A DNA stretch of 64,000 nucleotides from Phoronis australis (taxonomy: Eukaryota > Animalia > Phoronida), in contig NMRA01000977.1 in assembly GCA_002633005.1 (NCBI GenBank), positions 17,679 through 81,678 of the forward strand, written 5' to 3'. The notes under the pieces are model-generated. The model was given only the letters and a program-made list of their open reading frames with translations. It was not told the DNA's origin and searched no databases. The translations under genes and the position numbers were made by a program. Every line of letters starts with the position of its first letter. Position 1 is the first letter of the stretch. Below, piece by piece: positions 11,691 to 25,200 of the stretch.

Positions 11691-14535
11691 GAGCAATATG
11701 GCGGGTTTTGCCCCTCTTTCCAGTGAGGTCCTATTTATTCACTTATTGAGTTGGCACATCATGCATGGGATCAATCTTTCAAGTTATGTAACCAGTCTAT
11801 TAAACCTCAGCAAGATCCCTGCTTGGTCAAAGACTCTCTGCTTCTAATTGTTTATTGTCATCCACTTTCATGCTAACCATATAGCCAAGTTGAAAACCAA
11901 ATCGTTTTTGTGTTGTGAAAGTTGGGATTTAGTATTTTACTGAAGCTTGGTTGTGGCTTGTGTTATAAGTCAATAATGCCTAGCATCACTGAAATATTGT
12001 TTTTTACCTATTTTGTGTCACCATGGGGTGAAGTTGTCAAGTTGTTAACAAATATCCAGAATTTGTTTTAACTGATATATCAAAATTGACGCAGAAATAG
12101 TAATCTTATAACTTGTGCTCTCTTTACACCAGTCCTCCATCACACTGTTGAAAGCCACATGGTTCACAAACAATGAAATGATTCTGATCTCTTAAAAGTG
12201 ACAGTTGTTTATCCTGTCCAAGTTCTGATGCAATTTAGTTGGTATGGCCAGAGGCAATCAATTGAGGAGAAACTTGCATAACCCTAGCTGTTAGATGATG
12301 ACTCTCCCTGGCCCACACATTGATTTGCAGTATTTGGCTCAATGCTTAAAGGCGAAGGCAAACTTTTTTCAAGTCATGTTCAGTAAAACTAAGATTCGAT
12401 GATCATCCCAGACATACTTTTCATTCATTTACAGCTCTTTGTATTGTAATTAATTACTCGTGCCATGGCGAACAGTTGCTGTCAGTGTGATGGCTAGAAT
12501 CTAAAATCAAAAAATTGTGGTTTTGTTGAAACAATTGGTAAGGAACAGAAATTAGAAACTCTAGTAGTGACTGCAATGCAACGCAATGACAGAACTGTTA
12601 CATGTATCACCACTGACATATTCTTGAAATGCAATGGTTTTAACAATCACTGGTTGAAGTACATATCCATCATAGTGGGCATCTATCTATTTATCTATCT
12701 GTCTATCATGTGCAAATGCCAAAGATAAATTCTGAAAATAGTCAATTGTTTACTTACATGCATGGTTGGTTTAAAGCAAAGCTGCAAACTTGCGTTGAAA
12801 GTTAAGACAGTTAGTTACATGGAAATAAATTTGATTAGCAGGGTTAGGTACATGTTATCAGTAATGATATACAATAAATGTTTAATTTACAATCAAATAC
12901 TTTTATATTACTACTAGAATTTAAATCACACTAAAAATACTTAGAAACATTGGTAGTCCTGAAAAGGACTGCTGGGTTACAATGGATGAATAACGCACGA
13001 CATTGCAACACGCCTTGTCTCAAATAAGACTGTCAGATTTCGTACAAGTATGTCTCATGACTGCGAGCAGCGCTACCTGTTAGTAAAGCGTCATTGCATC
13101 CAGCGCCATCTGGTTGTGGTGAAGGTTTTGGATGATTGGGGTACCTGGTGCCTCTCTTAGCCACAATACTGTCAATGTTATTTAATTATCTGTCAACAGT
13201 CCCTCTGGGAAATTTGAGATCATGAGAATTCACGAACTGTTAACCATTTATTTAGCTTATTAATGTACCTTAAGTAGCATCAGAAGAGTTGGAGATATTT
13301 GTAACAAGTAATGTTCTGTATTGTGACCTTCGTCAATCCTCAAAGGGTCGGAATTATGGATGTATTTGTGATGTTACGTAGTGCATTATAAATAATTTTG
13401 TTGAGCTGAGTGTCAAATACTACGCGCTACTGCCACATTATGTGTGCAGTATATTTTCAACTTGGACATCGACGCAATCGACTCCAGAAAACGCTTTCAA
13501 GTTAGGTGGCTTGTAACAGTATTTTCACCCTATCAATGAACACGTAGGCACGAGAATGGCACAGTGTTGTGAATGACAAGAATAGATTTGCCCCGACCAC
13601 TAGTTTCAGAAATTATGTTCTTTCATGGTTTGGCAGTTGCTTGTTACTTAAATTTCGAGAACACAATATTTTAGGTAGTATCCTTAACAATGTAACATTG
13701 ATAGCTAGAGATGAACTGTGCTGACCTATTTTGAATTGTTGCTGAATGAGTAAGTCACGTGACAGCCAATGAGCAATAAGCTCTTTCATGCTTCCGTCGA
13801 TGTTTTGGGAAGTTACACTCACTGTGATTGGTTAACTTTGGGTCCTGATCGAAGTTAGCAGTGCCAGTTAACTTGTTGTCTGCAAGTGACATTGTCTAGA
13901 AGATTATTTTGGTGACAAGTGTGACCATGTCTCTCCATAACGTGTTACACATGTGAGCTGGTCTTACTGCATCAATTACCCAGGGGATAAAATTGGACTG
14001 AGTTGAGGTGTCTCAAACATACAATTTGAACTCCAGGTGTAAAATCACTTTCACGTGAATCTCCTTATTCATAACTAATTTACCAATTTTCAGCGCATAG
14101 TTTGTGTCAAATATTGTTTGAGACATTTCTTTCCATGGAGTGAAAGGCATGGACTAAGTCGGAAAGAACGATTTTATTTTGGTTTTAAAGTTAAACCATT
14201 TTATATTTTGTAATCAGTTTTACTACTTTCAAAATATTTTTAAAATTGTGTTTTACCAGATTTGCTTTTTAAACAGATTTTACTTTCAAATCATCTTTTC
14301 CTTTTTAAAAACAAAATACTTCATGTTTGTTTTCAATCAGATTTTCTTTTGAACATGTTTTACTTTCAAAATAACTTTCTTTAAAAATATATTGTTTTCT
14401 TAATTTTAGCTTGGCAGTTGTGTGCCACCATAGGTCTATAATCCATAACCCTAACTGAACTGGCTAGCTCAATGGTCCATCAAACCCTTGTTAATGTAAG
14501 CACTTGCACTTGCTGGCAGATATCATTTGCATATA

Positions 14536-15078
14536 CCGTATTCGCCGTAATAACCGCCCATGCCCCTATAAGCGCCCCCCCACGCGTTTTCAGACTTTGC
14601 TGGAATAAGCGCCCAGTCCATGAACGTGTACATGCGAACAATGACGTACCTTCAGTTCTAAAACTTGGCTACAGTAACGTCTTCAATTTATCAAAAAAGT
14701 TTTGCACGGGTCTTCTAGACCACCAGCGGCACTGCTACGTTTGTATTTAGCCGTGACAATACACTTCAAAGTAACACAGCGCTTCAAAAAGAACGCAACA
14801 GCGTTGCTGACTTTCGCGACGACCGTGTCCCACTATAGTCTGACCTCACAGTACACATCGACTGTCTCATGAATAAAAATAACTCGGTGTTGAACGCACG
14901 TGGCCAGAAAGCGCGCGCTACATACATGAACCTAGCTGTCATCAAAGACATTAGTCGGGAACTATCCATTCATGAAACGGGTAGCATAGCATCGGCAAGA
15001 AATGAATATTGGCCCTAATTTCCGACAATTTCTAATACTATAAAACATGTTTGCGTTATTTTTTAGATGGATTGTTTG
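14536..15078 (-). mobile_element. Family A pogo-like element, truncated at single-N join
   Basis: TA followed by the CCGTATTCGCCGTAATAACCGCC TIR; reverse-complement homology to 5700-6205. Confidence 0.85.
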
Positions 15079-15079
15079 N

Positions 15080-15379
15080 TTTTTAAAATTGTGTTTTACC
15101 AGATTTGCTTTTTAAACAGATTTTACTTTCAAATCATCTTTTCCTTTTTAAAAACAAAATACTTCATGTTTGTTTTCAATCAGATTTTCTTTTGAACATG
15201 TTTTACTTTCAAAATAACTTTCTTTAAAAAATATATTGTTTTCTTAATTTTAGCTTGGCAGTTGTGTGCCACCATAGGTCTATAATCCATAACCCCAACT
15301 GAACTGGCTAGCTCAATGGTCCATCAAACCCTTGTTAATGTAAGCACTTGCACTTGCTGGCAGATATCATTTGCATATA
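15080..15379. repeat. Near-exact duplicate of ~14238-14535 across the N at 15079 (probable allelic overlap)
   Basis: About 300 bp are nearly identical; this copy lacks the transposon at ttgcatata. Confidence 0.85.
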
Positions 15380-18300
15380 ATTAGAATTTCTTCCATTGGT
15401 GCTTGTAATCCTCTGTTCCTAGTCATGAAAGTGACAACTCCTGCCTTTGATCTGATTTTGGATGAGTTCATTCTTGTGGACCAGTCCAATCTAGCCTCTG
15501 AGCATAGTGTTGCCTTGGGTGGTCTTGCTGAGGTTAGTTCAGTGCTTGATTTCAGTAAGTGCCTTGTTTGTCACAAAACGTGGTTTATGCAGATGGCTTT
15601 GTTGGGGCACTCATAATGGTAAGTGTTCAAGTGTTACAAACTACTACTTTCAACAGGTTAGTGCATTTCCAAGACTCTAGTGTTTTACTAACACCAATTC
15701 CGAATAGGGTAAAAATTCCCGAATTTAGGACAGTCTACCGAATTTCAGACTCCTGAATTCCAAGTTGATTCTGAAGTTTGGGACACAGTCGAATTTGACA
15801 TTTACCATATTTTTCAAAATTCGAACACATCAGTTTTAGTGTCATTTGGCTGCAACTGTCACATTATGGACAGTGGGCTTTTTCGCTTGATTGGCGGAAT
15901 GTAAATCTGGAAGTTCATCGCTACACATTTGATCGTTTAAAACTACCGCCAATGTAATGTATTGACTGATGTCGCAGTTTATAGTTATCGATTTGCGAAC
16001 TCGAAATATTGACCGCGGTTTCACGATGCAAATATGTATGTTCTCCGACTTTCACTTAATCACCACAGTGTCATGCTATGTATAGAGGTAATTGATAAGC
16101 ACCGGTGATGAGACTGTTGTTGCCAGATCATATCCCAGGTTCATGATCTCAATTTTTTTATGTTTACCTGCGCTTCACTTACCTTCCTCCGGGCGCCCTG
16201 ACCTTCGCTATGCCATGCTCATAAACTGCACTCGAAAACCGGCAAAACAATTTCGTTCAGACTTGGTGAAAAGCAAAAAATTGTGGCCAAGTTTGTCATG
16301 CAGTATATGTTAAACATGTTTATGATGTGGCTACATCTTTATGTTGCCGTATTGACATGGCATATCGGGGGTTTTTATCGTGTTTCAGGGTTCATCTGTG
16401 GAGCGAGACACGCACCAAAAGCACATTCAAATTTCAAATGACGTAGTCTGTGAAATGTCCCGTAGGTCATTTGGCGCGTTCAATTTTTAAATAACTTTGG
16501 TTTTAGCTGTGCCAGATCATTTGACCTATGGCGTGTGATTTGCAAACTGAAACCTGGGCTCATAGTGGAGATTTAAATTCGCATATGCGTATAAGAAATA
16601 AATTGAATTTTTGAGTGAACGGCACTGCTACCCTATTGGGCCTGGGTGAAGGTAGGACAGATAGCCTAAACTTTATTACAAGGAACAGCAGTACCAGGAA
16701 TGCAAGGTCCGAGATTATCGGACGAACAGCGTTTAATTAAGCTTGTTGTGGGGTACTTGAACAATCACTTGTGCATGGTGTTTTACTGTTAAGACTATGC
16801 AGGGCATACCTGTTGAATTGAGATCTGGTCTACTGCTATGTCTCAGAATAAGTATTTCAAACTTTTATTGATTGAATATAACCCAGTCACATAAAGCAAC
16901 AGTGTCAAACGCAGGGATACATATTTGATACATAATTGAACCATTAGACTGCAGAGACCTTATTTACATGTATCTTGTGTTTGGCAAGGTCTGTTTGAGT
17001 GACAGGTGACTCATAAGTATGTCGCACGTGCTGCCCAAGTAACTAAAACAGGGTTACATGTAATGCAGTCTGTGTCTGGTTTGCCAAAAGATTAACGTTG
17101 AGTATGTTTGAGCAGCATTAGATATTGCGAATAATCAGTCAAGGCGTGTTACACATTAAATATCAGTGTTCTGAGTCGGTAATATCGCTGTTAACGTTAT
17201 TGTGGACATCGTGTGTATTTCTTATCAGCAATAACGATCACAAATATGCGCGGATGTTCAAACTGTCTAAAACTGCAAATCAAAACGTCGTCAGTGCCTG
17301 GGACACCGTCGATTTTGCTGTGTATCTCATCAGACGGCAAAGATTGCCTATTTCTAAAAATTTGGACAGGTTTGAAATGTTTATTTTTTACTGTTTTAAA
17401 TTCTATTTGTACTTTCTAATTCAAAATTATCAATAATTCAGGCCAGGGTTATGCGAAGCATGGTTAAAATTGTGATAGTTTCCGAAAATAGTTGTAAATG
17501 CTCAATTTTTTGATAAATATTTTTTTGTAGTAGCTCCTCCTTACAAACCAAATCTAAAGAAAAGGAAATTTCCCCGAGATATTTCACAAAATCAAATTTC
17601 TTTGGCAAGTTCTAATGTTAACAGTCGATAAGTAACTTGAAAATAAAATGCAAATTAAAAATTGGAGTATTCAAAGTGAGATTTCGGTCAGCTCGTATCT
17701 TGTGACAGACATTTGGCTGTTTGTTGTAACGCACAAACTTGATTGAAAGGAGGTACATTGACTTGTGCCTTTGCAAAGTATAACTCAACTTTTTCACTTT
17801 CAAGTATTGGACAGGGATTGGGAAGTGGTTTGTAGTTGCAAATAAGTTGCGCTCTAATGCTGTTGGAATAAATTTCTATCTGTGTGTCCTATTTAAATTA
17901 ATTCAACAGTTCACTTCTGTTGTTTTGTCTCTTGTTTACTAGAGTCTTGTGCTACACATAATCTCTTTTCAAGCCTGTGGTTTATTTTTAGGTAGGTGTT
18001 GCCTCAACTATTTCCCTAATTTGCATTCTTATACTACTTCTTTCCTATTGGCTGTCTTTCCTACTGAAGTGTGTGATTGACAGCTCCTTTCATGTTGGAT
18101 ATGTCAGCTCTGTGTGTGATTGGCTACACGAATTTGTCTTAGCTTGATCTTCTGGCTTTGTAGTGTTGCAGTTAAGTTGGAACTGAACTTGAGAGTAGAC
18201 ATTTGTAATTCATTTTCACTGTACTGAATATTCCTACTATTTCAATCCTTACACACTCTTTGCAGAAACTGGAGGAAAACGCTGAAGTCTGAATTACAGG

Positions 18301-19070
18301 TAAGGCTTAAGCTAATTCATTTTGGTTCATAATGTAAAAAAATGTTTTGTTTTATTTAATATGTAGTGATGTCACTTTTCACCTGTGGTTTGGACTTTCA
18401 CTTCTACGTTCATGTTGTAATGTCTGTTTTCAAACCCGTCATTCAGTCTCAGTGTTCAGGAAATGTGTTGTCATTGACGTACATTTTGCGCTTATTGGTT
18501 GTTAGTGACCAGCACCTTGACTGTGGTAAATTTGGTAATTGTTTACAATATGACGACACTGACTTGATTTTGGTATTGTTCAATTCCTTGCAATATTATC
18601 TTTCCTAAATACAGAAATTTTTCCTATCCCGTTCCCTTAGTATTTTATTGTGAAATTTCTGCGCACTCTATTTCCTGGTATGCGGTAGTAATACTACCAT
18701 GTTGAATGGAAGGAGCCACCTAGCGGTCAAAAACTGAACTTATCTACCGACTTATGCAGATCATTGCTTTTCATAAGGTCAAATTGACCAAGACCCGTCT
18801 ATCCCGTGCGCGAGTTACGTTCCCAAGGGCTTGAATTTGATCCTATGGTGACCCTGGTACACATCTAGCTGCTGGCAAGAATCCGCAAAAAAGCGGAGGT
18901 TGTTTTTGAAGTCCAAATTGGTGAAAAGGGTATCACTTCAAACAATTTCATGGAAAAATGGTCGAATGGTCACAATTATAAAAACATTAGAAAAGTTGAA
19001 ATGCTGCTACTTGTTCCTCCATATTATGTCAGGAAAACTTTACTGGGTATCTCGGGTGGGCAAGCCATTC

Positions 19071-19679
19071 GGTGGCACTGAATAGTTAGGCTGCAGTCGC
19101 GGCCAATTTGCACTCCCAAAATATTTAAATTTTGGGGTAGGCCAAGTTTGGGGGCATTTTGTTGGTGGGCATTGCATGTAGGCTCAGTGAATGTGGTTTG
19201 TTTGTATTTGTGAACATGCTGAGAATAAAAAAGGCCACTTTCTCGGCTGTAGCTGCACTCTTCTTCAAGATGGCGGCCCCCCCGGTTGCAATATTGTGCA
19301 TTGCTGTGTAGCGACTGAGAAATTGGCTGGGATTTTAGGTAGCCCTCAAACAAGCCAGAATTGCCAAAAAAAAGTTGGTCGACAGTACTTTTGGACCACA
19401 TTTTTGGAATCTAGGAAATTTGCTTTCCAAATCTATTGTTTGTTTTCGTCGTGCGTCGGCAGGGAAGTGGTAGTCTAGCTTGGTTTTCAGTGGTATTGAA
19501 AGGGTCAAAAATACAAGAGAGAATAAAGTTTCTGTGCTCATCTGCAGGGTTTTTTTATGTGAAATAAGTGAAAACATGTCATTCTTTGCATCCTGTTTTT
19601 GACAGAGTGAAGAAAATGTGACAAATCAAGTGATGCGGGGTTTGCTAGGCAAACCCAGTGAGAACTGTTCTGTGCCTCC
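19071..19679. repeat. Putative long terminal unit (LTDR-like, ~609 bp) of the KolobokP-type element
   Basis: Bounded by imperfect inverted repeats ggtggcactgaatagtt / aactgttctgtgcctcc (14/17 matches) and followed by TTAA at 19680. Contains a caagatggcggc promoter-like motif and lies just upstream of the His-Me nuclease ORF. Confidence 0.55.
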
Positions 19680-20026
19680 TTAAAAGAAATGGCGAAATTT
19701 CAAGTTTGAAATATTTCGAAGTTTTGGCACTAATTCTTCTCTCTGCCACAAATCGAAGTCAAAATAATAGTTTTTGTTGAATATTATTTCACTTTTTTTG
19801 TAAAAATTGAAGAAAGAATTGTGCGTGACTGTGTACTTGGACCAGCTGGTGGCACAGGAGCTGGGCAGCTGGGTGTGGATGTGGTGCTTGTGATTAACTT
19901 CAGACACTCATGCATTTCAAATGACAATTTAATATTCATCAGCAACAGTGTGCTACAGTGCAATTAAAAACGACTGAAAAATATGCTTTTACAGGTACAA
20001 CAACTCTCTCTCTCTCTCTCTCTGCC

Positions 20027-20440
20027 ATGGCCAGTGCATTCTTCCAAGCACCCTTAAATAACCAAAAATCCCATAGTCTAAAACAAACCCTCTCTTTAAA
20101 ATCTCACCCTGTGGGACAGTGTCAGCTGTGGACAGGTCCTGTAAATAAGAAGGGATATGGTGTTCACTGTGTTAAATTTCGAGGGAAATATATCAGAGTA
20201 CAGGCTCATCGCTTGTCTTATTACTTGCATGGCACGCCCCAGCGGCTGTCCCAGTCCCACCACGTTTCCCACCTTTGTCATAACCCTTCCTGTATAAAAT
20301 TCTCTCACCTTTCTTATGAACCCCCCAAAATTAACAACTCCAGGCAAATTTGCAAAAATAATGGAGAATGCACTGGTCATTGGGGATACAAGTCATGCCA
20401 GCTGAATATGGTAATCCTATCAAGAGCTTTTAAGTTCCGT
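20027..20440 (+). CDS. His-Me finger (I-PpoI-like His-Cys box/HNH) endonuclease
   Basis: gccATGG start; CQLWTGPVNKKGYG..AHRLSY..VSHLCHNPSCIKFSHLSYEPPKINNSRQIC..CTGH..C is the zinc-binding loop homing-endonuclease signature. ORF-track residues after 20440 come from the inserted Helentron-like element. Confidence 0.88.
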
Positions 20441-22171
20441 TTTTATGCGCCCACATATTTATATGTGGACGCATTATGCCGTCATCTTCGTCCGTCTGTC
20501 CGTCCCGCGTCTGTCCGGCGTCCGCTGCTCTATCTCCAAAACCCTTTGACATACGTTCATGAAATTTGGTACACATGTTCCATTCATGAATGGGACGGCA
20601 TGTGCGAACTTTCGGACGGATCCGACTACCGGTGTGCCCCCTAGTGGCAATTTTAGTTTTTTACGCTTACCTTTGTATCTTCAAAAGTCCTGAACGGATT
20701 TTCATGAAATTCGGTATGTAGGCACCTATTAGTGAGATGACGCTATCCTCTCGTTTCAGATGGATTCGACATAGTTTGCGCCATCTAGTGGCCATTTTTA
20801 GTGTTTTCGAGTCTGTTTTTTGTGTGTCCACCCCTCTATCAACCAAACCGCTCAAAGGATGATTGTGAAAATTGGCATGTATGTGCTTACTATNNNNNNN
20901 NNNNNNNNNNNNNNNNNNNNNNNNNNNNNNNNNNNNNNNNNNNNNNNNNNNNNNNNNNNNNNNNNNNNNNNNNNNNNNNNNNNNNNNNNNNNNNNNNNNN
21001 NNNNNNNNNNNNNNNNNNNNNNNNNNNNNNNNNNNNNNNNNNNNNNNNNNNNNNNNNNNNNNNNNNNNNNNNNNNNNNNNNNNNNNNNNNNNNNNNNNNN
21101 NNNNNNNNNNNNNNNNNNNNNNNNNNNNNNNNNNNNNNNNNNNNNNNNNNNNNNNNNNNNNNNNNNNNNNNNNNNNNNNNNNNNNNNNNNNNNNNNNNNN
21201 NNNNNNNNNNNNNNNNNNNNNNNNNNNNNNNNNTTTTTTTTGCGCCTATGGCTGTATCTCCTAAACCGTTTGCAGGATCTTTACGAAATTTAATAAGTGT
21301 ATTTATATGATGTTAGCAAACGATGACGACTTTTGGACGGATCCGCTTACCAGTGTGCCCCCTAGTTTACCTCTGTGTCTTCACAAGTCCGTAATGGATT
21401 TTCATGAAATTTGGTATGTAGGCACCTATTAGTGCGATGACGCTATCCTCTCGTTTTCGGTTGGATTTGACCCAGTTTGCGACACCTAGTGGCCATTTTT
21501 ACTGTTTTTAAGTCTGTTTTTTGGCGTCCACCCCTCTATCAACCAAACCGCTATACGTATGATTGTGAAAATTCACATGTATGTTCTTACTATGAAGAGG
21601 ACGGTTGACGCTGAATTTCCCATGACTTTGATTACTGTGGCGCATCCTAGTGGCACTTTTTTTGCGCCCATGGCTGTATCTCCCAAACCGTTCGTAGGAT
21701 CTTTACTAAATTTAGCAAGTGTATTTATGTGATGTTGACAACGGACGATGACGAATTTAGGATGGTTCTGACTACCCGTATGCCTCTAGTGGCAATTTTA
21801 ATATTTTACATTAACCTCTGTATTTTCATAGGTCTTCAGGTGTATACTTTGTGTTACTTTGTGACTGAAGGAAAAGTTCCAAGTAGAAATTTGTTTCTGG
21901 CATTCTAATGCTGTGGTAATCAGGTATGTTGGTATATTTGTTTTTAATTCTATGTTTCTGTGGTGCTTTAAGCAACTGATGTATAGGATGTGCTTGTATT
22001 ATGAAGATCACTCACATTTTGCCCCTAACCTATTGAGGAGACAATGCAAAGTACAACATACTACATATATGCCCTCTACTGACCACTTTATGGTACCAAT
22101 AAACAACCCTAGAAGGATACCGTAAACGGTGCATTTTTGGGCGCATTTCAACGCTCTGCTTTGCTCTTGTT
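20440..22171 (+). mobile_element. Non-autonomous Helentron/DINE-1-like (HINE) element, copy 1
   Basis: Starts tttttATGCGCCCACA with a nearby inverted repeat (tgtggacgcat), a (GTCC)-like microsatellite and internal ~140-bp tandem subrepeats. Ends with subTIR tgggcgcat, a degenerate hairpin and ctcttgtt. T-rich target with no TSD. Confidence 0.75.
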
Positions 22172-22208
22172 CCAGTTGTCGTTTTGTTATTGCTTTGACT
22201 AAAAACAG

Positions 22209-25200
22209 TTAGTAACTAAGTTCATAGCTGTGGTAAGTAGCACAAGTAGATGCTATGTTTTCCGCACTATAAACAGATTTGTCAAACAGTTTCGTGTTGG
22301 CCATCCTCTCCCTTAGGTAGTACCTGGCCTTTTTGTACTCTTGGCTCAACTTTCTCTTAGTATGGTAACACTTTCTGGAGTCCACGTTTCTCAACATTTT
22401 TTTCACGGCACTGTTTTCAGGCACGGTTAGTCCTGATGCCTTGGCCAGTTTCACTGTTGATTTCCCTTGTTGTGGAGTGAATGGCTGAATGACACAGCCC
22501 CGTGAAGTTTCGTGTGTATATTGATGTTTTTGGCGCGTATGCATCAAGGCTTGGAATTTTCTGGGAAACGTGGATTTCCGCTTTTTTCTCTTATTCGCAT
22601 TTTTTTATATTTCCACGGAAAATTATCGGATTTGCCATAAAATGTTCGCCGTAAATTGGTTTCTAACTGCAGAGTTGCCGATGACTAGAAAAGTGGGAAC
22701 TGCTCTTCATGTTTTGGGGGAACAAAAATCGTAATTGCCAGGGCACCTGGGATTTCGTGGTTCATCAATGGCGCCTGTATGTAGAGTAAATCACGGTGAC
22801 AAATAGTGTGATTCTGGGTCAAAAATGCGTGGAGCTTGGAGTAGACAGAATATTTTGTGGAAAAAGTGGATGAAAGAAACGGTCAGTGTGTTCGCAAACA
22901 ACAAAGGTCTGGGTTTGTGCTCAGTAAACGTTGACAGAGGGACAATTACGGCATGCGTGGCCTAATCGCGAAGAACTACCTGAAAACGATGAGAAAAACG
23001 CTTTCTGAAAGAAAGTTCCACCGTAACCTGTAATTCGTTGGATTGGAATCGTGGGATGTGAGTGATATATGAAATTCTTTTGTTTCATCCCCCGTGCAAG
23101 CCTGTGCCGGCAATTGCTAGGCTGCTAGACCTGAGTCCGTCGATTTTCCACGTACCACCGAAATGGGAGGAAAGTGATATTTTCGTTACTGTGATTGTGT
23201 TTTAAGTTGCCGTTGATGTATTCTAATTTATTTTAACATTTCTCATGTTTTATTTTTGTTAAAGTCTTGTTTTGACCAACTCTAGTTATGCTGTTCAGAG
23301 TGAAGTGGTCACATGGCAGGTTCTGAATGATCTGATTGGTTTACAAATTCTGCTTGCCTATTTTGGTCCTTGTAGTTATTTCCTATGTCACATAGTTTGT
23401 TCTACACCAGCGTGGCTTATGAACAATAATCTCCTGTAAGTAAGTTGTTTTAAACTGAAAAGTTTGGCCAACTTAGGATTGTGGTTGATATGTTCTATAG
23501 CTAAAATGTGTTATTTTTAACTTTCATTTTTTTCCATGGTAATGGGGTATGATCCACAGGTTTTCGTCTTGACTTTTTCCATTGCGTTGGAATAAAAACT
23601 TTTTTGTTGGAATTAAGTGTGTATGTATTTCAAGCTTTCCAGATGATCTGGGTTGATTTTCAAATTTTTTAATAATTTTGTATGTAATATAAGAACTTAA
23701 AATAATTTTATAGAATAACCTTCTGCCACTCACTATTATTTTAATTTTTAAAAAATGTTTTTTGTTGCATCTAATTGTTTTCATTATTGTTGGTGAAATA
23801 GATGTCAGGTACTGCTTAAAATGAGTGAGTTTTGCCAACACGACACAGTTACATGGCATCTTGTGATGATAATGTTTACTTTCGATCTGTTGTGGTATGG
23901 TTGTTTAGATTGCAATGTGTATTTGGGGCGGTAAAAATTTTCTTTTTTGTCTTGGGTCATTCCAAGCCCTGATGCATAAACTACTGCATTCAAACTTTCA
24001 CTGATGTTTGTGTTGAACAGATATTGCATATCTCTTAGCTGTTCCTGGTTGAAGTAGGAGTTGATTTTTGTTTGAATCGTTTTCAATTCCTTTTCACTCG
24101 GTTCTAGATGCCGGTCATAAGGCAGATAGATGGCTTGTTGTATGTTTGCACTGGTGTGCAATGCACACAAACGACAGCTCGCGACATTGCTGGTGCTGTC
24201 CCAAAAAGCAGTGAGTAACATTGTTCATCGCAGGAGCTCCAACTTTCAAAAATTCGTCTCACGATTTTTCTGTTCTTTAGGTTAATGAGCTCTTTTCGCA
24301 CTCTGGCTTGTGCAGCAGATGAAAGTTTCCTCTTGTAATAAGTCTTGTTATGTGACCTGGGCAAACTCTTCAAGTCCGCTTTGTTAACGCTTTTTCCCAT
24401 TCGCCTCAGTCTGTGGATGAAGCATTTGTAGTGTTAAGGTTTTTTCTTTTCACACTGTAGAAATCACGGATGGCCTTTGCTATTTGGCTGCTGTCATCAG
24501 TCGTAATTCTGATATTCAGGTCCACACCACTGTTTTCTATTGCTTGTAACAGTGTGCATTCACTTGATGCAATTGATTTCTCAGCTGGGTAGTTTTTGCT
24601 GTAGTGTTCATAATTGCACCCGAGAATTCTGCAGGGCCAGTGGAAGTTTTCGGGTCGTTGTGTGCTCAACAAGTCCACCGAAGCTCTGTTTAGCTGTCTC
24701 GCAGCCACCCTGTGGCCTACTGGAGTAGGAAACGTCAAACTGAACGTCTGCAACACCTTCACCGCCAGCCAGAGTGGTGACTTTTTTAACGTAGCGCTGG
24801 TTCTCAATCATTTGTTCTTCGTTCACTTCAGTTACTGTTTGGCTCATGACAGTCATTTTATTCTGCAGGCTGCGGTTGGATGGTGGCACAATATTCAAGC
24901 ATGTCAGAATGTTGATTACATCCTCAATTCCCACTTTTGACTTTAGCACAGGCAATACAGCCTGGCTGTTCACAGTGGCACAGTGGGCAATTATATTTGC
25001 AAACTGCAGTGCAATGATGCATAGTCCTTTTTCAACAATTAGTTCTAGTTTTCCATATTTGCATGCAACCTGATGCACATGTCCTACCAGGCCTGTTAAG
25101 CGACGCACGTTAATGATGATATTCTCATCCAGTCCCTTGCTGTCACAAATTTTTCTTTCTTTTTCAGTACTTGGCCTAAACCTGTAAGCTGTCACAGCAG

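Noticed and set aside
19958-20440. Group I intron homing endonuclease or phage HNH gene
   Set aside because: No rDNA, intron or phage context; it is linked instead to a Kolobok transposase.
20441-20644. C-terminal extension of the 228-aa ORF as a real domain
   Set aside because: It is read-through into the Helentron; the same peptide appears at 50307 and 60022.
20801-21310. Long ORFs in the ORF track
   Set aside because: Artefacts of the N gap at 20894-21233.
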